Part shown: positions 38,915 through 51,132 of the stretch, piece by piece
Numbering within the stretch: position 1 is the stretch's first letter
Layout: each line of letters starts with the position of its first letter
Assembly (NCBI GenBank): GCA_964199315.1
Contig: OZ116712.1
Span: 7,378,001-7,442,000 of the forward strand
Length of the DNA stretch: 64,000 bases
Reading direction: 5' to 3'
Origin: Orbicella franksi
Lineage: Eukaryota
Position numbers and translations under genes: made by a program
The notes under the pieces: model-generated
The model's input: the letters and a program-made list of their open reading frames with translations, nothing else
What the model was told of the DNA's origin: nothing
Database searches by the model: none

Positions 38915-39272
38915 ATTTGAATAGTCACATATGAGGTTTTGATATTATCCATGATCTAAAAAGTAAGAACCACTTCGTAACAGCATAAAAAACAGTATCA
39001 ATTGAAAGGTCTCCTCGATAGCGTTCATTTGAATGGTCACACACTAGGGTTCATCCACAGACTTAAAAGTTAGAACCACCTTGTACAACATAACAAACAG
39101 CGAAAGAAGTGCTCAATAGCTTTCATGTGAATGGTCACACATTAGGTGTTCATCCATAGATTGAAGAGCTATAATCACATAGTACAGCATGATAAACAGT
39201 AGCAAATGAAACTCCTGCTCAATAGCTTTCACTTGAATGGGTTTCATCCACACACATTAAAGTTAAGAACAC
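38915..39272 (+). repeat. 3-4 units of the ~105-bp tandem repeat (best-preserved copy)
   Basis: atttgaatggtcacacactagggttcatccacagacttaaaagttagaaccaccttgtacaaca followed by further units with aatagctttca cores. Confidence 0.8.
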
Positions 39273-42200
39273 AACAATTTACACAAGCTTTGACTTTGCG
39301 AATGAAAGGATCGAGCTTTGTCACCGTATCTTCACACAAAACTTTCAATAAATGTAGGAAGTTCTTTTTCATGTCATAGATCGAAATTCGATTGTTAAAT
39401 CTTGTCAGTTTTGGATTTTTTCTTTTCCTGGTGGAAAATTGACGTGAGTTTGAGGATTCCCATGAAGGCCAAATTAAAGTGTTCAAACTTTATAGTGATA
39501 GATAGTAGCCGTATAATAAGAAACCGTTTAAAAATTCCTCGATCTAATTGTTGCATCTACCAATCCTCAACATAATTGTATCATTGTATCCCTCCTGTTG
39601 AGATATTTTGCTTCATAATTTTCATAGAATATGCTGAAATTATTTTTTTACTAATCGCATATAGATGTTTCCTCAGAGTGAACTACTGAGTTATAGAAAG
39701 GCAAAGCGGAATTGAAAATACGACTTAGGTCCCTGTCTGAGCGATCCTCGTGAGCTTTGAATATGTAAGAAGCGTTAAAATGCGAAAAAGATATTTAAAA
39801 AAAAAGGTTGCCATCGTGGTTCATTTTCTCCAAATAACGCAGAATTAAATTTGGGCATTCCACATTGTTCTTTCACAGAGAACGTGCACGTGCATGGCCA
39901 TTGTTCCCGTTGCCGTTGTCATTGTGGGTCGCTTAACAACCCTTATAAACAATATCGGATCACCACAAACCAGATTTTCGGACGTGAGCGAGTTAACCTG
40001 AGTTTATTACAAATCTGTTTGGATGGATCACTCCAGTTACCGGGATTCGACGACAGTGACTTCGGGAAGTGTTGCATTCGGCAAATTTTTGACTTGAAGA
40101 AAATTTATTGTACCAACCTTTCACTATCGATAGATCTATATTTGATCCGATTTTCCCACAATTCCACGGAACCTCATCTATTGACTAAGTAAACGTTTCC
40201 AACGTATCCTTCTTAGTGTTTTTTTTTCATTTCAACACGAAATTTCCGCTATGACCAGTTTTGCTGAAATGATAGTGAACTGCACCCCACAACATCCAGG
40301 TAAATAATCTCACTGGCATTTTTTAATACTATCAATGCAATGAATTAAAGCTTCAAATTTACGCGCGATACTTAACAGTATTCCAATTAGAAGATTTGTT
40401 GTGATCCTGCATGACTCAATTACACTGTCGATTTGTTTGTATCCATTGTGATAGCGTTAGTTATTTAAAATTATGACAAGGTAGTACTGATTAGTCAGTG
40501 AGCAGGCTACAAATCCTGGACAGTGTTTTTGAAAGCAAATCCTTCCCCAATCTTCGTTTTCGTTTGTGTGACTACAACAACAAACATGGGGGGATGGTCT
40601 GAGAGCAAAATGCGCTAAACGTTCAAGCCTCAATCAAAAATTAGCTTAAATGTGACCGCGTAGTAATAAATAAATGTGCCAAGTTGCATTTCGTAAGACG
40701 ACTATTACTTTTTACAATTGCAAGCTTTAAGTACAAAATCTGAGGTGAAACATGCGTCAGATGATGATATTCAGTCGTCACAGTATGCAGAGTTTTTTTT
40801 ACAATCGAAAGCTTGATTTTTCCCAGCAGGACCAATTGGTTCGTTCCAAACTTTACAAAATCAACCACTTCTTCCTCTTGGTCGATTTTCTGATCGTTTT
40901 CTTTGAAGTTTTTGATGTTTATGCTCTGCTCATATGGCAGGATTGTCATAAACTTGTGGCAGATCCCCCTTAAACATAATGATTTAATTTCATCTAATTT
41001 AATCTGAAAGGCGTCTTGGCTTCTTAAAGTGTGAAAGCCCAATAAACCTGCTCATAATAAAATGTGGTTATCTCAAGGTCATTCAAATCGTTCAAAATTC
41101 AAAAGCTTATACAGTCAAAAGAGAATTCACCAGTAGATTCTACGCAGATTCGATCATTTAACATAGCAAAGGACGTTTCCCCGGAAACGGTAATATGCTA
41201 AAAACGTATTGGCAAGGTTTTATCCCTGCAAAATTCCTGATTATGTTAAGACATAGACAACTACAGTGTTAATAAAAAAGAATTTATATATTTTTTAATC
41301 GTTTGTTCTGGAAACTTTGAAAAATCTACGAAAATATTGAAGTAGAACTGATGAAAGGCGAAAAAATACGGCTGTAACTGAAATTTATCTGAGGGTGTAT
41401 AAAAAGTAAAAGTGGACATTATTCAGTTTTTAGCTGGTATCTCGTAATAACATCTTTTTGTATACCGACCTTGAACCTAGAGAGCATAAAAACGTTCTGC
41501 TATTAAACAACTTTCTCGATAACAAAGCAAATGCTTAATTGGGGAGGTGTTAAGTTCCTGTTTTGTAGAGATAAAAATGAACCAAATTTCTGTTCCTTGG
41601 GCATGAAAATTCTACGACCTTAATTAGTGGGGGGTAGGTTTTAAATAGGACTGAAACTGAATACTAAAATAAAGTAGATTGTAATATATCGATAAAAAGC
41701 GTGCTCGTTTTTCACCAAGACAAAACTAATACATATATTTATGCAATCAGATAAATATTTTCCAGAAAACAACAAACCGCAGCACTTAGGTATATTGGAA
41801 ATAGATGGGCATATTGTATAACTCGCGCCTACGACAAACACATTTGAGCTAAAGGAAAAAGCACATGCGTCGAAATTCAAAACACCAATATAGGAGCACG
41901 TTCGTTTGATTTATTTTACGTGAGATGCACCTTTTTCTGTTAGTTTTTCTGTGCGCTTTTTATTTTGTAAATGAGCTTTACGAGCGAAGATTTTCATAAA
42001 CTGATTGCTTTTCGTAAGCTACTTGTATATAGAAAAATAGTTATCTGTATGCATTGAGAAAGATTTATGATTTTTGAATGTTTCTTTTGTCGGAGGTGTT
42101 AACATTTTTCTCTTCAGTTTCATCAAAAATTCATCGGTTTTGACTCGTAATTGAAAGTTTAGTTGAGTGAAAATTTTACTCTTCATTTTTGAAATATTTT

Positions 42201-44371
42201 TCTGCTCTTTTTACTTCTTTTTTTTCTTTTCGTTTTGCTATATAACACGTTTGTCGTTTGGCATTCTCGCTGTGAGCTTTCTTCGAAACTCCTTACTTTT
42301 ACTCGAGTTTTGTTCCCTTTTTTGGTCTGTGTTTTGCGAGTCAAGAAATAGTCCATTGTCTTTTTTCAGCATGTTTTATCTCCTCAAATCAATTAACTTT
42401 TCAAACGAATTTAGACACTCTACGTATGGCTATGCCCTACACTATCGCTCTGCCTATAAACGAGTTTTTTGTGAAAGTGAGAATTTCTTTTCTTAGTTCG
42501 TAAAATGTGGAGAATGTCTGTCTCACTTTAATGTTATTGAGTTAAGCATGCTTGTAATAAACCTTAACCCCGTTTATAAGAAGTTTACAGGCGGGACGGG
42601 TTTATCTATAAAAGATATTTTAATGTTCAATGCTGAACGTTCTTAGCGGAAGTTTTGAAGCTTCGTATCCCCGTTTTATGTCGTGTTTATAATCATCAAG
42701 GATTTTCTGTATCTGTGAGAAAATTATCGTTATTTTGTAGTCTATAAAAGCAGGCGGACTAATTGTCTCCTTTTTTCTTTAAAATGGCGCAATTTAACAC
42801 TTTCGGAATAATGTGATCTTTTTCACCTAGGTAGCGAATCTATATTTTCTCTCTTACAAAATGCGTGCAGTCCTATAAGTAATTATTTTTCTTTGCACAA
42901 TTACTTTGGATTAACTGAACAGGTCGTTGTCGCCTCAACAAAGCAATGTGTCACCTCTTTGCCTGGCTAATTTGCAGATTAAAACATTTTAATGATACAT
43001 TCAATTGATGCGAGTAGCGTTTTTTCGACTCGTTTTACACACAATACCTTGTCAGGCTTAGGAACTCAGATTAGAGGTTGTGACACATCTCACTCTCTTA
43101 AAAAGTCAAGGTTAAAATATGTTCCACCCCTGCCCATTCCAAATTCACACGAGTTCGACAAATTTTCATTGAAGCCAGCCTGGAGATTTTAATAATTTGA
43201 TATTATACATCAAAAGGGTTTGTGTCGGGTTGCTCCGGGAACCCATTCAAGTCCTTGGACCCATTGTCTGTTTTGTTGACAAAAGCAGCAGATGTACGCT
43301 CCTCTATGGACAGCAAATGGCACGTTGTTTTTACGCGACCTGCCATTGTGCACGGTAGTTTTGAAGTATTAATTCGACGATTTTTGAGCAAATACAGCTG
43401 TATGGGAAAATCAAAACAGCCCTCCTCGGTAAAAATAGGGTTGAAACTGTGAATATTTTCGAACTGACGACGTGTTTAACTTTCGGAAATTTGTTCGTTT
43501 ATTCGTCACAGATGATTGTCAGTTTTAATTGGCTTATTTCCGTATTACTTGAAGTAAGATTGCATAAAGTTGTTTTTGTACGAAAGTAAGCCCTGCGTAG
43601 TAATTGAAGAATGTGTTTGCTACTTCTTCAGACTCGTTCCCTTTCTTTTCCTTTGATGTGTTAAAGGCGCTAAGGATCATGCCGAATGTTTGAAGAGGAA
43701 GTGTAGAATTCCACCCATAACGTGACAACTGCTTTTCTTGCTGAAGAATTCTGCGCTAAGTCAAACAGGATGGTAAAAGTGACACTGCGAAGGGAATTCT
43801 TTGATTTATTTCTCGCCCCCTGAATTGAACTACATACATTGAATGGAAACTTGTTAGATGTTGATTAAAAAGTCCGTTCTTTGTGACTGGTTATTAAAGT
43901 ATCGAAGTTACAAATTGAGAAACAATGGACGAGTTTATTGAACATGATCGCATAAAATTTTGCAAAAGTGGAAAACAAAAAATGATTAAAAATTCGAAAT
44001 ATTCTTCATGGCCAAAGCTTTCGCACTGTACACATTTTGAATACAAAATCTGAAAGGTCGGCAATTTGGTTTCAATATCTAGCCACAATTGAGCGCTTAA
44101 AATACTGTTTGTTCAGGCCACAGATACTCAAAATGAAATAGGCCATCCTAGATGCTTAAACAAACAAGTTTGTCTGAATCTATTTCATGCTAATGACAAA
44201 CTAATTGAAGGACTGGACACTTGATGCTATTCTGACGTCTACACTAAAAGGGGTTTTGTTCAACTTATGGCTTGGACAATATCATTTCAAAAGCGGGAAT
44301 GTTTAGTTTAGTCAACAAAGCTTCCAGCCAGCGTTGAAACAAAATCGCTGGCTAATCACGAGATAGGGCTC

Positions 44372-44407
44372 TATTTAATACGGGCGTGCTAGGCGGATTG
44401 TCACATT
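44372..44407 (+). promoter_or_regulatory. Predicted core promoter of the Six1/2-like paralogue
   Basis: TATTTAA at 44372 and TCACATT (YYANWYY Inr) with A+1 at 44403, i.e. TATA at -31. Gives a 66-nt 5'UTR without upstream ATG. Confidence 0.5.
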
Positions 44408-44468
44408 CGAGGCAACAATCGCCAGAGACACTCGCTAAGCTGAGGTACATCCAGCGTCCATCAGTAAC

Positions 44469-45025
44469 ATGTTTCCGTGTCCATTTTCACCAGGTCAAGT
44501 TGCGAAAGTGTGCCAGTTTCTTCAAAATAACGGTGAAATAGAGCGCCTCTCTCGATTTCTGTGGTCTTTACCCGCGGAAATAGACAACGATGCCAAAACA
44601 ACCGAGACAATTCTAGTCTCAAAGGCTGTTGTCTATTTCTACCAAAACAACTTCAAGGAGTTGTACGGCATACTCGAGAGCAACAAGTTCTCTAAAGAGA
44701 ACCACGAGCGACTTCAGTGTCTTTGGAGGACGGCGCATTACATCGAAGCGGAACGCCAGCGCGGCAGACCTTTAGGAGCTGTGGGCAAGTACCGAGTCCG
44801 GAGGAAGTACCCTCTTCCACGGACGATTTGGGATGGCGAAGAGACCACTTACTGCTTCAAAGAGAAGTCGAGGAATATTCTAAATAAGGCGTACACCGAG
44901 AATCCATACCCCACTCCTCGAGAAAAGTACGAGCTGGCAAAGATGACCGATCTAACCGTGACACAAGTTAGTAACTGGTTTAAGAACAAGAGACAACGGG
45001 TGCGGGCTGCAGAAATGAGGAAGGG
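44469..45025 (+). CDS. Divergent Six1/2-like homeobox gene, exon 1 (SIX domain + homeodomain, ETTY type)
   Basis: [35 protein letters not shown]...[34 protein letters not shown]...NPYPTPREK...[13 protein letters not shown]. Homeodomain 46/60 identical to the Six1/2 gene in this window. Donor AAG GG|gtaagg at 45026, same position and phase as the Six1/2 intron. Confidence 0.95.
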
Positions 45026-45551
45026 GTAAGGTTTTGCTTTTTAATATGCCATTCAAAAATTATGTATTGAAACATTAACGTCCCCAATTCTTTTCAAAAT
45101 AAGCCATGTTTCAATATTTCTTATATTATTTTGAACATTTTCTTACCTGCGAATGGGGTGACTTAGTTTCCTTGATGTAATATGTTATTTGTATTTACGG
45201 ATTTCGTGCCTACATTTCATTGTTGAAAAGCTGTGGGAATAAATTTATTCCCGGATCCAGGTAAATGAAAACAGTACACACAAGACCTAATGATCTTGCT
45301 AATAATTTTAAGTTTGGGAAACACGAAGCAACGCGGCTTCCTTTTTCTCTTCGTCGATTGAAAATTATGTGTGACTCGCTTCCAAACATTCAGTTATGTT
45401 TTCATTTCTTGAATTGTGATCTTCTCGCTTTTTTAAGGATTATGAAAGAAATTTAGGTTACATATTATTTTGAATGCGAATGCTAGCAGATATTACGAAG
45501 AGGCAATCGACGGTTTAATTAAACGTACATGAATTAAGTTTGCTAATAGTG

Positions 45552-46761
45552 GTATCATAAATTTCCGAGTTATTTTAAGGTGTACATTCACTCTTCTCGA
45601 CTATAATTCGTGTATCAGCATATATATTCTATTGCTGCGTCCATTGTAACGAGCGCGAAATTACGGTGAATCCTTTCTCTGAAAGCCTGTTTAATAAGGA
45701 AATTATTGGTTAAGTTGTTATGCTGCATTAACACTCTATTTCGTACGATTACTTGTTAATAAGGCACGATTATCACCGGAAATTTTGACAACAAAGAACT
45801 GTATCAGAAGCCCTTCATTACACGACAGAAGAACTAGAAAAGCGCATTCTACATCTGCCTTCATGCGAACCTTTTAATTGTAAAACGTTTTCATAGTGAA
45901 ATCAATGAATTATACAAGAGGTACGTTTATTTATGGAAACAATTAATTCGACCTGGTATAAGGACAAGGCTTTTTGCCAGTAATCAATTGTACCAAAGAA
46001 AATCTATCCTTTTCACAATACTGTAAATTTGCTTTTGCTTTTTTCTGAATATTTCATCGCACGAGTTAAGAGAATCCTTTGCGATTTACTTCAAATTGAT
46101 TTTTTATACAGTATAATTGTTTTCCTGCTCAGTGAAGACAAGAGGAGGAAAAAGTTAAAAATTTCTGAGATGTATAAGAAAAAAATTGAGAATTCGAAAT
46201 TACATCGGCTCAAAGGAAAGTGCTTTTCTACAAGTTGTAAGATTGTTTTTGTCAAATGTTTAATGAAGATGTCATTCTCGAATGTGAAGTCGATTTATAA
46301 GGTAAATTATCATAGAACTTCATCTACTTAAACTTAAGAACTTGAATTCCGTTTAGCAAACTTTTTGGTAAGACCAAACGGCCGTTTTCTTGAGAAAACC
46401 TTATGGTACATATAAACTCAGCTCGATTTCTTTCGCTGTTGTCTCCAGAAAAAGGAGGATCAAATTTCATATCGATGTATAGCGCTGCTGGGTAAACTTG
46501 ACTGGTATTTGTATGCGGGCAGCAATGTTATCGCTGAATCAATACCTTTGATACATATGCTTCAATCATTTACCCGGGCCAAATGGAAAAAAGGTTTTAG
46601 TGATGTTTACTTTTCATTTTAAAACCTCGCGGCTATTTATGCACCTGCGCGGTGAAAAACCAACCGAAAATATTAGCTAATGGGTGAGCCGTCATCAGCA
46701 CGAGATGTGATACCGATTAATATCAAGACCGGTCAGTCTTCATGTGTTTACAGGCGTATCA
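45552..46761. promoter_or_regulatory. Intronic cluster of six GTATCA/TGATAC motifs (candidate SIX-responsive enhancer)
   Basis: Motifs at 45552 (GGTATCA), 45612, 45801, 46549, 46708 (TGATACC) and 46756. Confidence 0.35.
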
Positions 46762-47959
46762 TAAATCACCAACGTTTACCGACTACCTTGGGAATAATGC
46801 TTTGACGTTGTCAGTTGTTCTCAAGTTGTTTAAACGAAAAGTCATGTCCGATCGTCTAACCCTTTTGAGTTTCACTGATATTCGAAATTATTTAGTGGTT
46901 TCGCTGCTGACGTTTGTCTCTCTTCAAAATCAAGAAAAATTATATTTATTTCTCGTACCAAACAGAATTCTAACAACATTACCAATGTACGGCTTGATAT
47001 CATCTAACATTCAAGCCAGAGTGATCCGTATCCATTTTCTCCTCACAATGTCTATACACTGCTGTATTCGTGTAACGAGAACACAGAAAATCAACATCTT
47101 AAAAGGAAGTGCCTCATAATTACTATGAAGAATTAATAGTTCAATGTAATCAGGCATGCGGTTTTTTGAGAATAAAAAAAGCCAATAACCAACTGAAAGA
47201 AAAAAAATGTCTTCAGTTTGCGGGTTTAATTAAGTTCTAACTCCAGCGCAATAAAAACTGACGAAGATCAGAGGAGAGAATTAATTTTGCATACTCAGGT
47301 CGTGTGATTTGATGGAGGATATAAGCGAGAAAAGTTCTTATTTGTTTCCAAAAACCATGATGTTTTTTAATTTCACTAGAGGCAGGCCAAAAATTCTCTG
47401 TGCGCGGAATTTGGCTCCAACGTAATAATGGAAATCATTTCAATGGACACTTTATATCTTCAAAAATATCATTATTAAATAGATTTTATCGGGGCAATAT
47501 TAATTAAAGGCCGCATCTGTTCTAACCATTACGCTCTAGATACTTGAATATAAATTGATACTCTTCTGCACTATATAGCCTCGGGCTTCCGATGCCACAT
47601 AGAAGCGTTTTCTGTCAGTTATACAGGTTAGCCCTAAACAATGGTTATTTACATTTTTTGTAATTATTTTTTTTCTATTTTAGCTACTAAAGCTTTAAAT
47701 TTAGATAGAGACTATTTGCCAATGACTTTTCATTTCAATCGATTTTCTCTGTTTTACTATATATATCGTCTTCCGAGATATCCTAAATAAAAAGAGGGTG
47801 GCCTCCATCAGCTAGTTCATTTATCTTTTTATATTTATTTTATTTTTTGGAGTCAAGCCATTACTTAATTTGTTTTTCTTCAAACCACTTGTGGGTGATC
47901 AGAGCAAACTAAGTCACAATAGCAGTGATATATACATTTCGCCGATAAGAGTAAAATAA

Positions 47960-48104
47960 AAAACTTTAAGGTAAAAAGCTGTTAAAATTATGAGTCTAAA
48001 CGTTTTCGATCTGTTTGATCATCATCAGAGTGATGATGATGATGATCAAACAGATCGAAAACGTTTAGACTCATAATTTTAACAGCTTTTTACCTTAAAG
48101 TTTT
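47960..48104. repeat. Perfect inverted repeat, 68-bp arms, 9-nt spacer
   Basis: 47960-48027 is the exact reverse complement of 48037-48104, checked base by base. Centre is (ATC)n/(GAT)n. Confidence 0.97.
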
Positions 48105-48290
48105 ATAATAGCAGTAATATACTTTTGTCCTTAATTATTTCTAGGCTATGAAAGTAACTAATGCACATACAAAGCTCAAGTTACGTTGTTGTAGTTTGTA
48201 AATGGTTGTTGCTAAGTGCTTTGAGGAAGGCAATCAGTAAATTTTTAAACCGAAAATATGTAATCCCGCTATTTGCCATGATTTACCTAG

Positions 48291-48648
48291 GGGCCTGGAA
48301 CAAGACGGGATGATGAAGATGAAAGGGCCTGGACGCTCCATGATGTTCAGCTACGATGAACTGCGCTCGCATTTTCCCTACCTCATTCCTCAAGCTCCGG
48401 TATTACCGACGCCGCAGCCTCCTGTGTCAGCGGCTTATCTGCAAGAGTTACAGGCGCACGCACACGCGCAGATTCATCATTCGTATGTGCCTCTTCAAAC
48501 ATACCCAGCATACGTTTCGGGAAGTCCTCATCCTCGCACAAGCACGTGTACAAGCACGCATGCGCAGAGCAGCACGTTGAGCCTGTCTTCTGAAACGAGC
48601 GCTTTCGAACCTATTTACTCTAATCGACTGGCATACGAAAACTTGTAG
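48291..48648 (+). CDS. Divergent Six1/2-like gene, exon 2 (Pro/Ser/Thr/His-rich C-terminus)
   Basis: Acceptor atttacctag| then G GGC CTG GAA completes the phase-2 Gly codon and runs in frame into the 112-aa ORF ending ...RLAYENL*. Joined CDS is 915 nt = 304 aa. AATAAA at 48973. Extra small exons in the 3.3-kb intron cannot be excluded. Confidence 0.75.
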
Positions 48649-49419
48649 TCTGAAACTTTAATCGGCAGTCCACCGTAGGAAAAAAAGATGGCGGCTGTAC
48701 ATTTAACCACAATGCCTTGCGAACCTAACACAGCCTATGAGGCACTAAGAAAGCCAAATGATTATAATATTTGTCCCTATACAAAGGGCATTGAGTAGCC
48801 TGGGTTTAAAGATGTTATAACGTTTCTGTACGTTTTTGTAAACGTTTTTAAAGTTGTCGTGCACTAAGAACTGTGAGTAAATACTAGTCGCCATCTTTTT
48901 TCCCTCGGAGGATTTGAATACCTTTTGTAAAGTGTTTACCACTCCGAGAGACTGTATATGAAAAAATGTCGAAATAAATAACGCTATATCGAGGTCATTA
49001 TTATTTAGATTAACTAGTATAATGCGGTTAGTTTGCAAGTTTGGATAGTACTGACAATATCATGCAGGCTACCTTAATATTGTACACGAGCGTGTTTCTA
49101 CATTATTAGATACGCACTGTAGCAGAAATGTAGTGCTCCCTCTTCTATGGAAACACTCAGTATCAATTCTTGGACGAGAAAGTCACTTGAAAATTCGTGC
49201 TGTGGGACAGCTTGTTTTTAGATGTTATTGTGGAAGCTTGATGGAGAAGGACTTGCCAGAGATTGAGACGTTTAATGGGCCCATAAAATCATTTATAAAG
49301 AAAACGAACAAAGTAGAAATGAAGACCTTAAAAACCGGTCCATTATATAGCAAAAGGAAAATGTATTACAATAAGAACACTAAATCAACTCTAATAATAA
49401 TGATAATATATAACCAGGT

Positions 49420-49668
49420 CACTCACTCACTCATGCCCTTCACGCCTAAGTGGCATGTAGGGCAGCAATATGTTCCCTCCACATCTGTCGGTCCCTTGCC
49501 ATAAACTTGATGCCATCCCAGGTCTTCCCCATCTCCTTGATTTCCTTCTCCACCGTCCGCCGCCATGTGATCTTAGGGCGGCCCCTCTTGCGTTTTCCTT
49601 CTGGCGTCCAATGCAGAGCAGTTTTCGCAATTGAGGCTTCTTGGCGAGCGATGTGGCCAATTAAACGG
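49420..49668 (-). mobile_element. 5'-truncated RTE-clade LINE 3' end
   Basis: Minus strand encodes RLIGHIARQEASIAKTALHWTPEGKRKRGRPKITWRRTVEKEIKEMGKTW...W, the typical RTE C-terminal GKRxRGRPxxTW motif, followed by a (TGAG)n tail. Confidence 0.85.
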
Positions 49669-51050
49669 GTATAAGGACAAAATCCCGCTGATGTTGTGGA
49701 TAATGTTTATAGTTACTGTAAGGGTTGTGTAATATTGCCTGTTAAATGCATTTAAGGAATATTATGTAAAATATAACATTATTTCTTCTGGAAATAAAAT
49801 CAGGTTAAGTTAATATTTAGTTGTCATTTTATTTTATTTTTTTATTTTTTTCTGGCTTTGTGTGCATAATAATTTGAGATAAAATTGTCGATAACACTAA
49901 TTGTTTGTTTACAATGACAACTGCTCAAGAAAATTAGAAACAAGTTAAAACACACACACACACAAAAAACAAACATGAATGGTATAGTCGCTAATAGTTT
50001 GTTAACCGTATCGATAAGATTCGCTTTTAAATTAACAATTATCATCACAGAAATGACAAACTAACAATCTAGGCGGGAAGTTCTGCAAGCTATTTGGGGT
50101 GTGGCTTTCCGACCTGGTAGCTGTATCCACTTACCGCTGGTTTCGCCTCTATCTACTGTACCATCATGGACTGAAACCACCAACTGTGGCTGGTTTTTAG
50201 AATGAGGCATTTTTGAGGGACACTATTACATGCATACATAGCATTCTTCCTGAGTTTTGACTACAATGCCATTTCCATGTTGTAGTCTTTGGTTGAAAAC
50301 TTAGACCGTGTTTATATTGTTACAAGCCACTTAACGCCAAACGATTTTGACTTGCTTAATTGAAGTGCTTCAATTAAGAACTTTCCCACCCTTTTTAAGG
50401 GCGTGTTCTTTTGCGATAGACCGTTTTAGTTGAGAGTTTTTCGTGTTTTATTGAGAAAAAACTGTTTTTGGTTTGTTTGGCTGAAATGATTGCTGAATCA
50501 AAGATCAACCGTTTTAAAAAAGCTATATTTGACGTTTGTAAAGATTGATCAATCAAGTCAAGCGTAAACCAAAACTGGTTGATCCAAGGAGAGGATTACT
50601 TCTGATGTTTCATATATTATCAATACAGGGTCGACGAGACAAGAGAATCACTATATTGTCTTTGAGTATCACAAAATTGCCTGAACCATTATTAAAAGAG
50701 ATTTAGAGCTACTGAGTTAAGCTCAACTCGCGTTGTGCTAACTGAACCACACTGTCGGAACTCATACCGGCTTCCGTAGCATAGAATGACTAGGAGTCGA
50801 GTATTTATTAATTCATTTATTTTATTTATTCACTCAAATGCAGTTACACAGATGATCAAAACAAAAACAAAAAATTAAATATAGTTACAGGTATAAAACG
50901 GAAATATCTGAGTAATTAGGCCAGTATTGGTACTCCCATTAGATAGTATATCAGTTCACCGCAGCTTAGCGCGCCTACACTTGCCATCTTTTCCTTATTG
51001 TTACATGTGCCTTATACACTTCTGAATGGAAGGAGGCACTTTATTGCTTA

Positions 51051-51132
51051 CGAACACAACTCAATAACCCCGGCCTTTGCTGGAACCCAGGTCACTCGAT
51101 CCGACGTCCAACTCGCTGACCGTTGGGCCACA
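51051..51132 (-). mobile_element. Decayed tRNA-derived SINE head
   Basis: Reverse complement gtggcccaacggtcagcgagttggacgtcggatcgagtgacctgggttccagcaaaggccggggttattgagttgtgttc parallels the head of the 27069 SINE. More SINE-body remnants near 50760-50800. Confidence 0.6.

Noticed and set aside
40641-41042. 133-aa minus-strand ORF in the gene desert
   Set aside because: Non-ATG start in the track, no motif recognised, AT-rich; could be a decayed transposon ORF but unsupported (tBLASTn/HMMER would decide).
42167-42496. 109-aa Phe/Leu/Ser-rich ORF resembling a membrane protein
   Set aside because: A by-product of T-rich low-complexity sequence.
44469-45025. Assignment of the second Six gene to Six4/5 or Six3/6
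   Set aside because: It lacks ETVY/NRYP/VDKYRL (Six4/5) and QKTH/VDKYRVRKK (Six3/6), and has Six1/2-type [13 protein letters not shown] and RAAE.
49427-49660. 77-aa minus-strand ORF in the track
   Set aside because: Wrong frame of the RTE LINE remnant; the informative frame gives the GKRKRGRPKITW motif and ends in stops.
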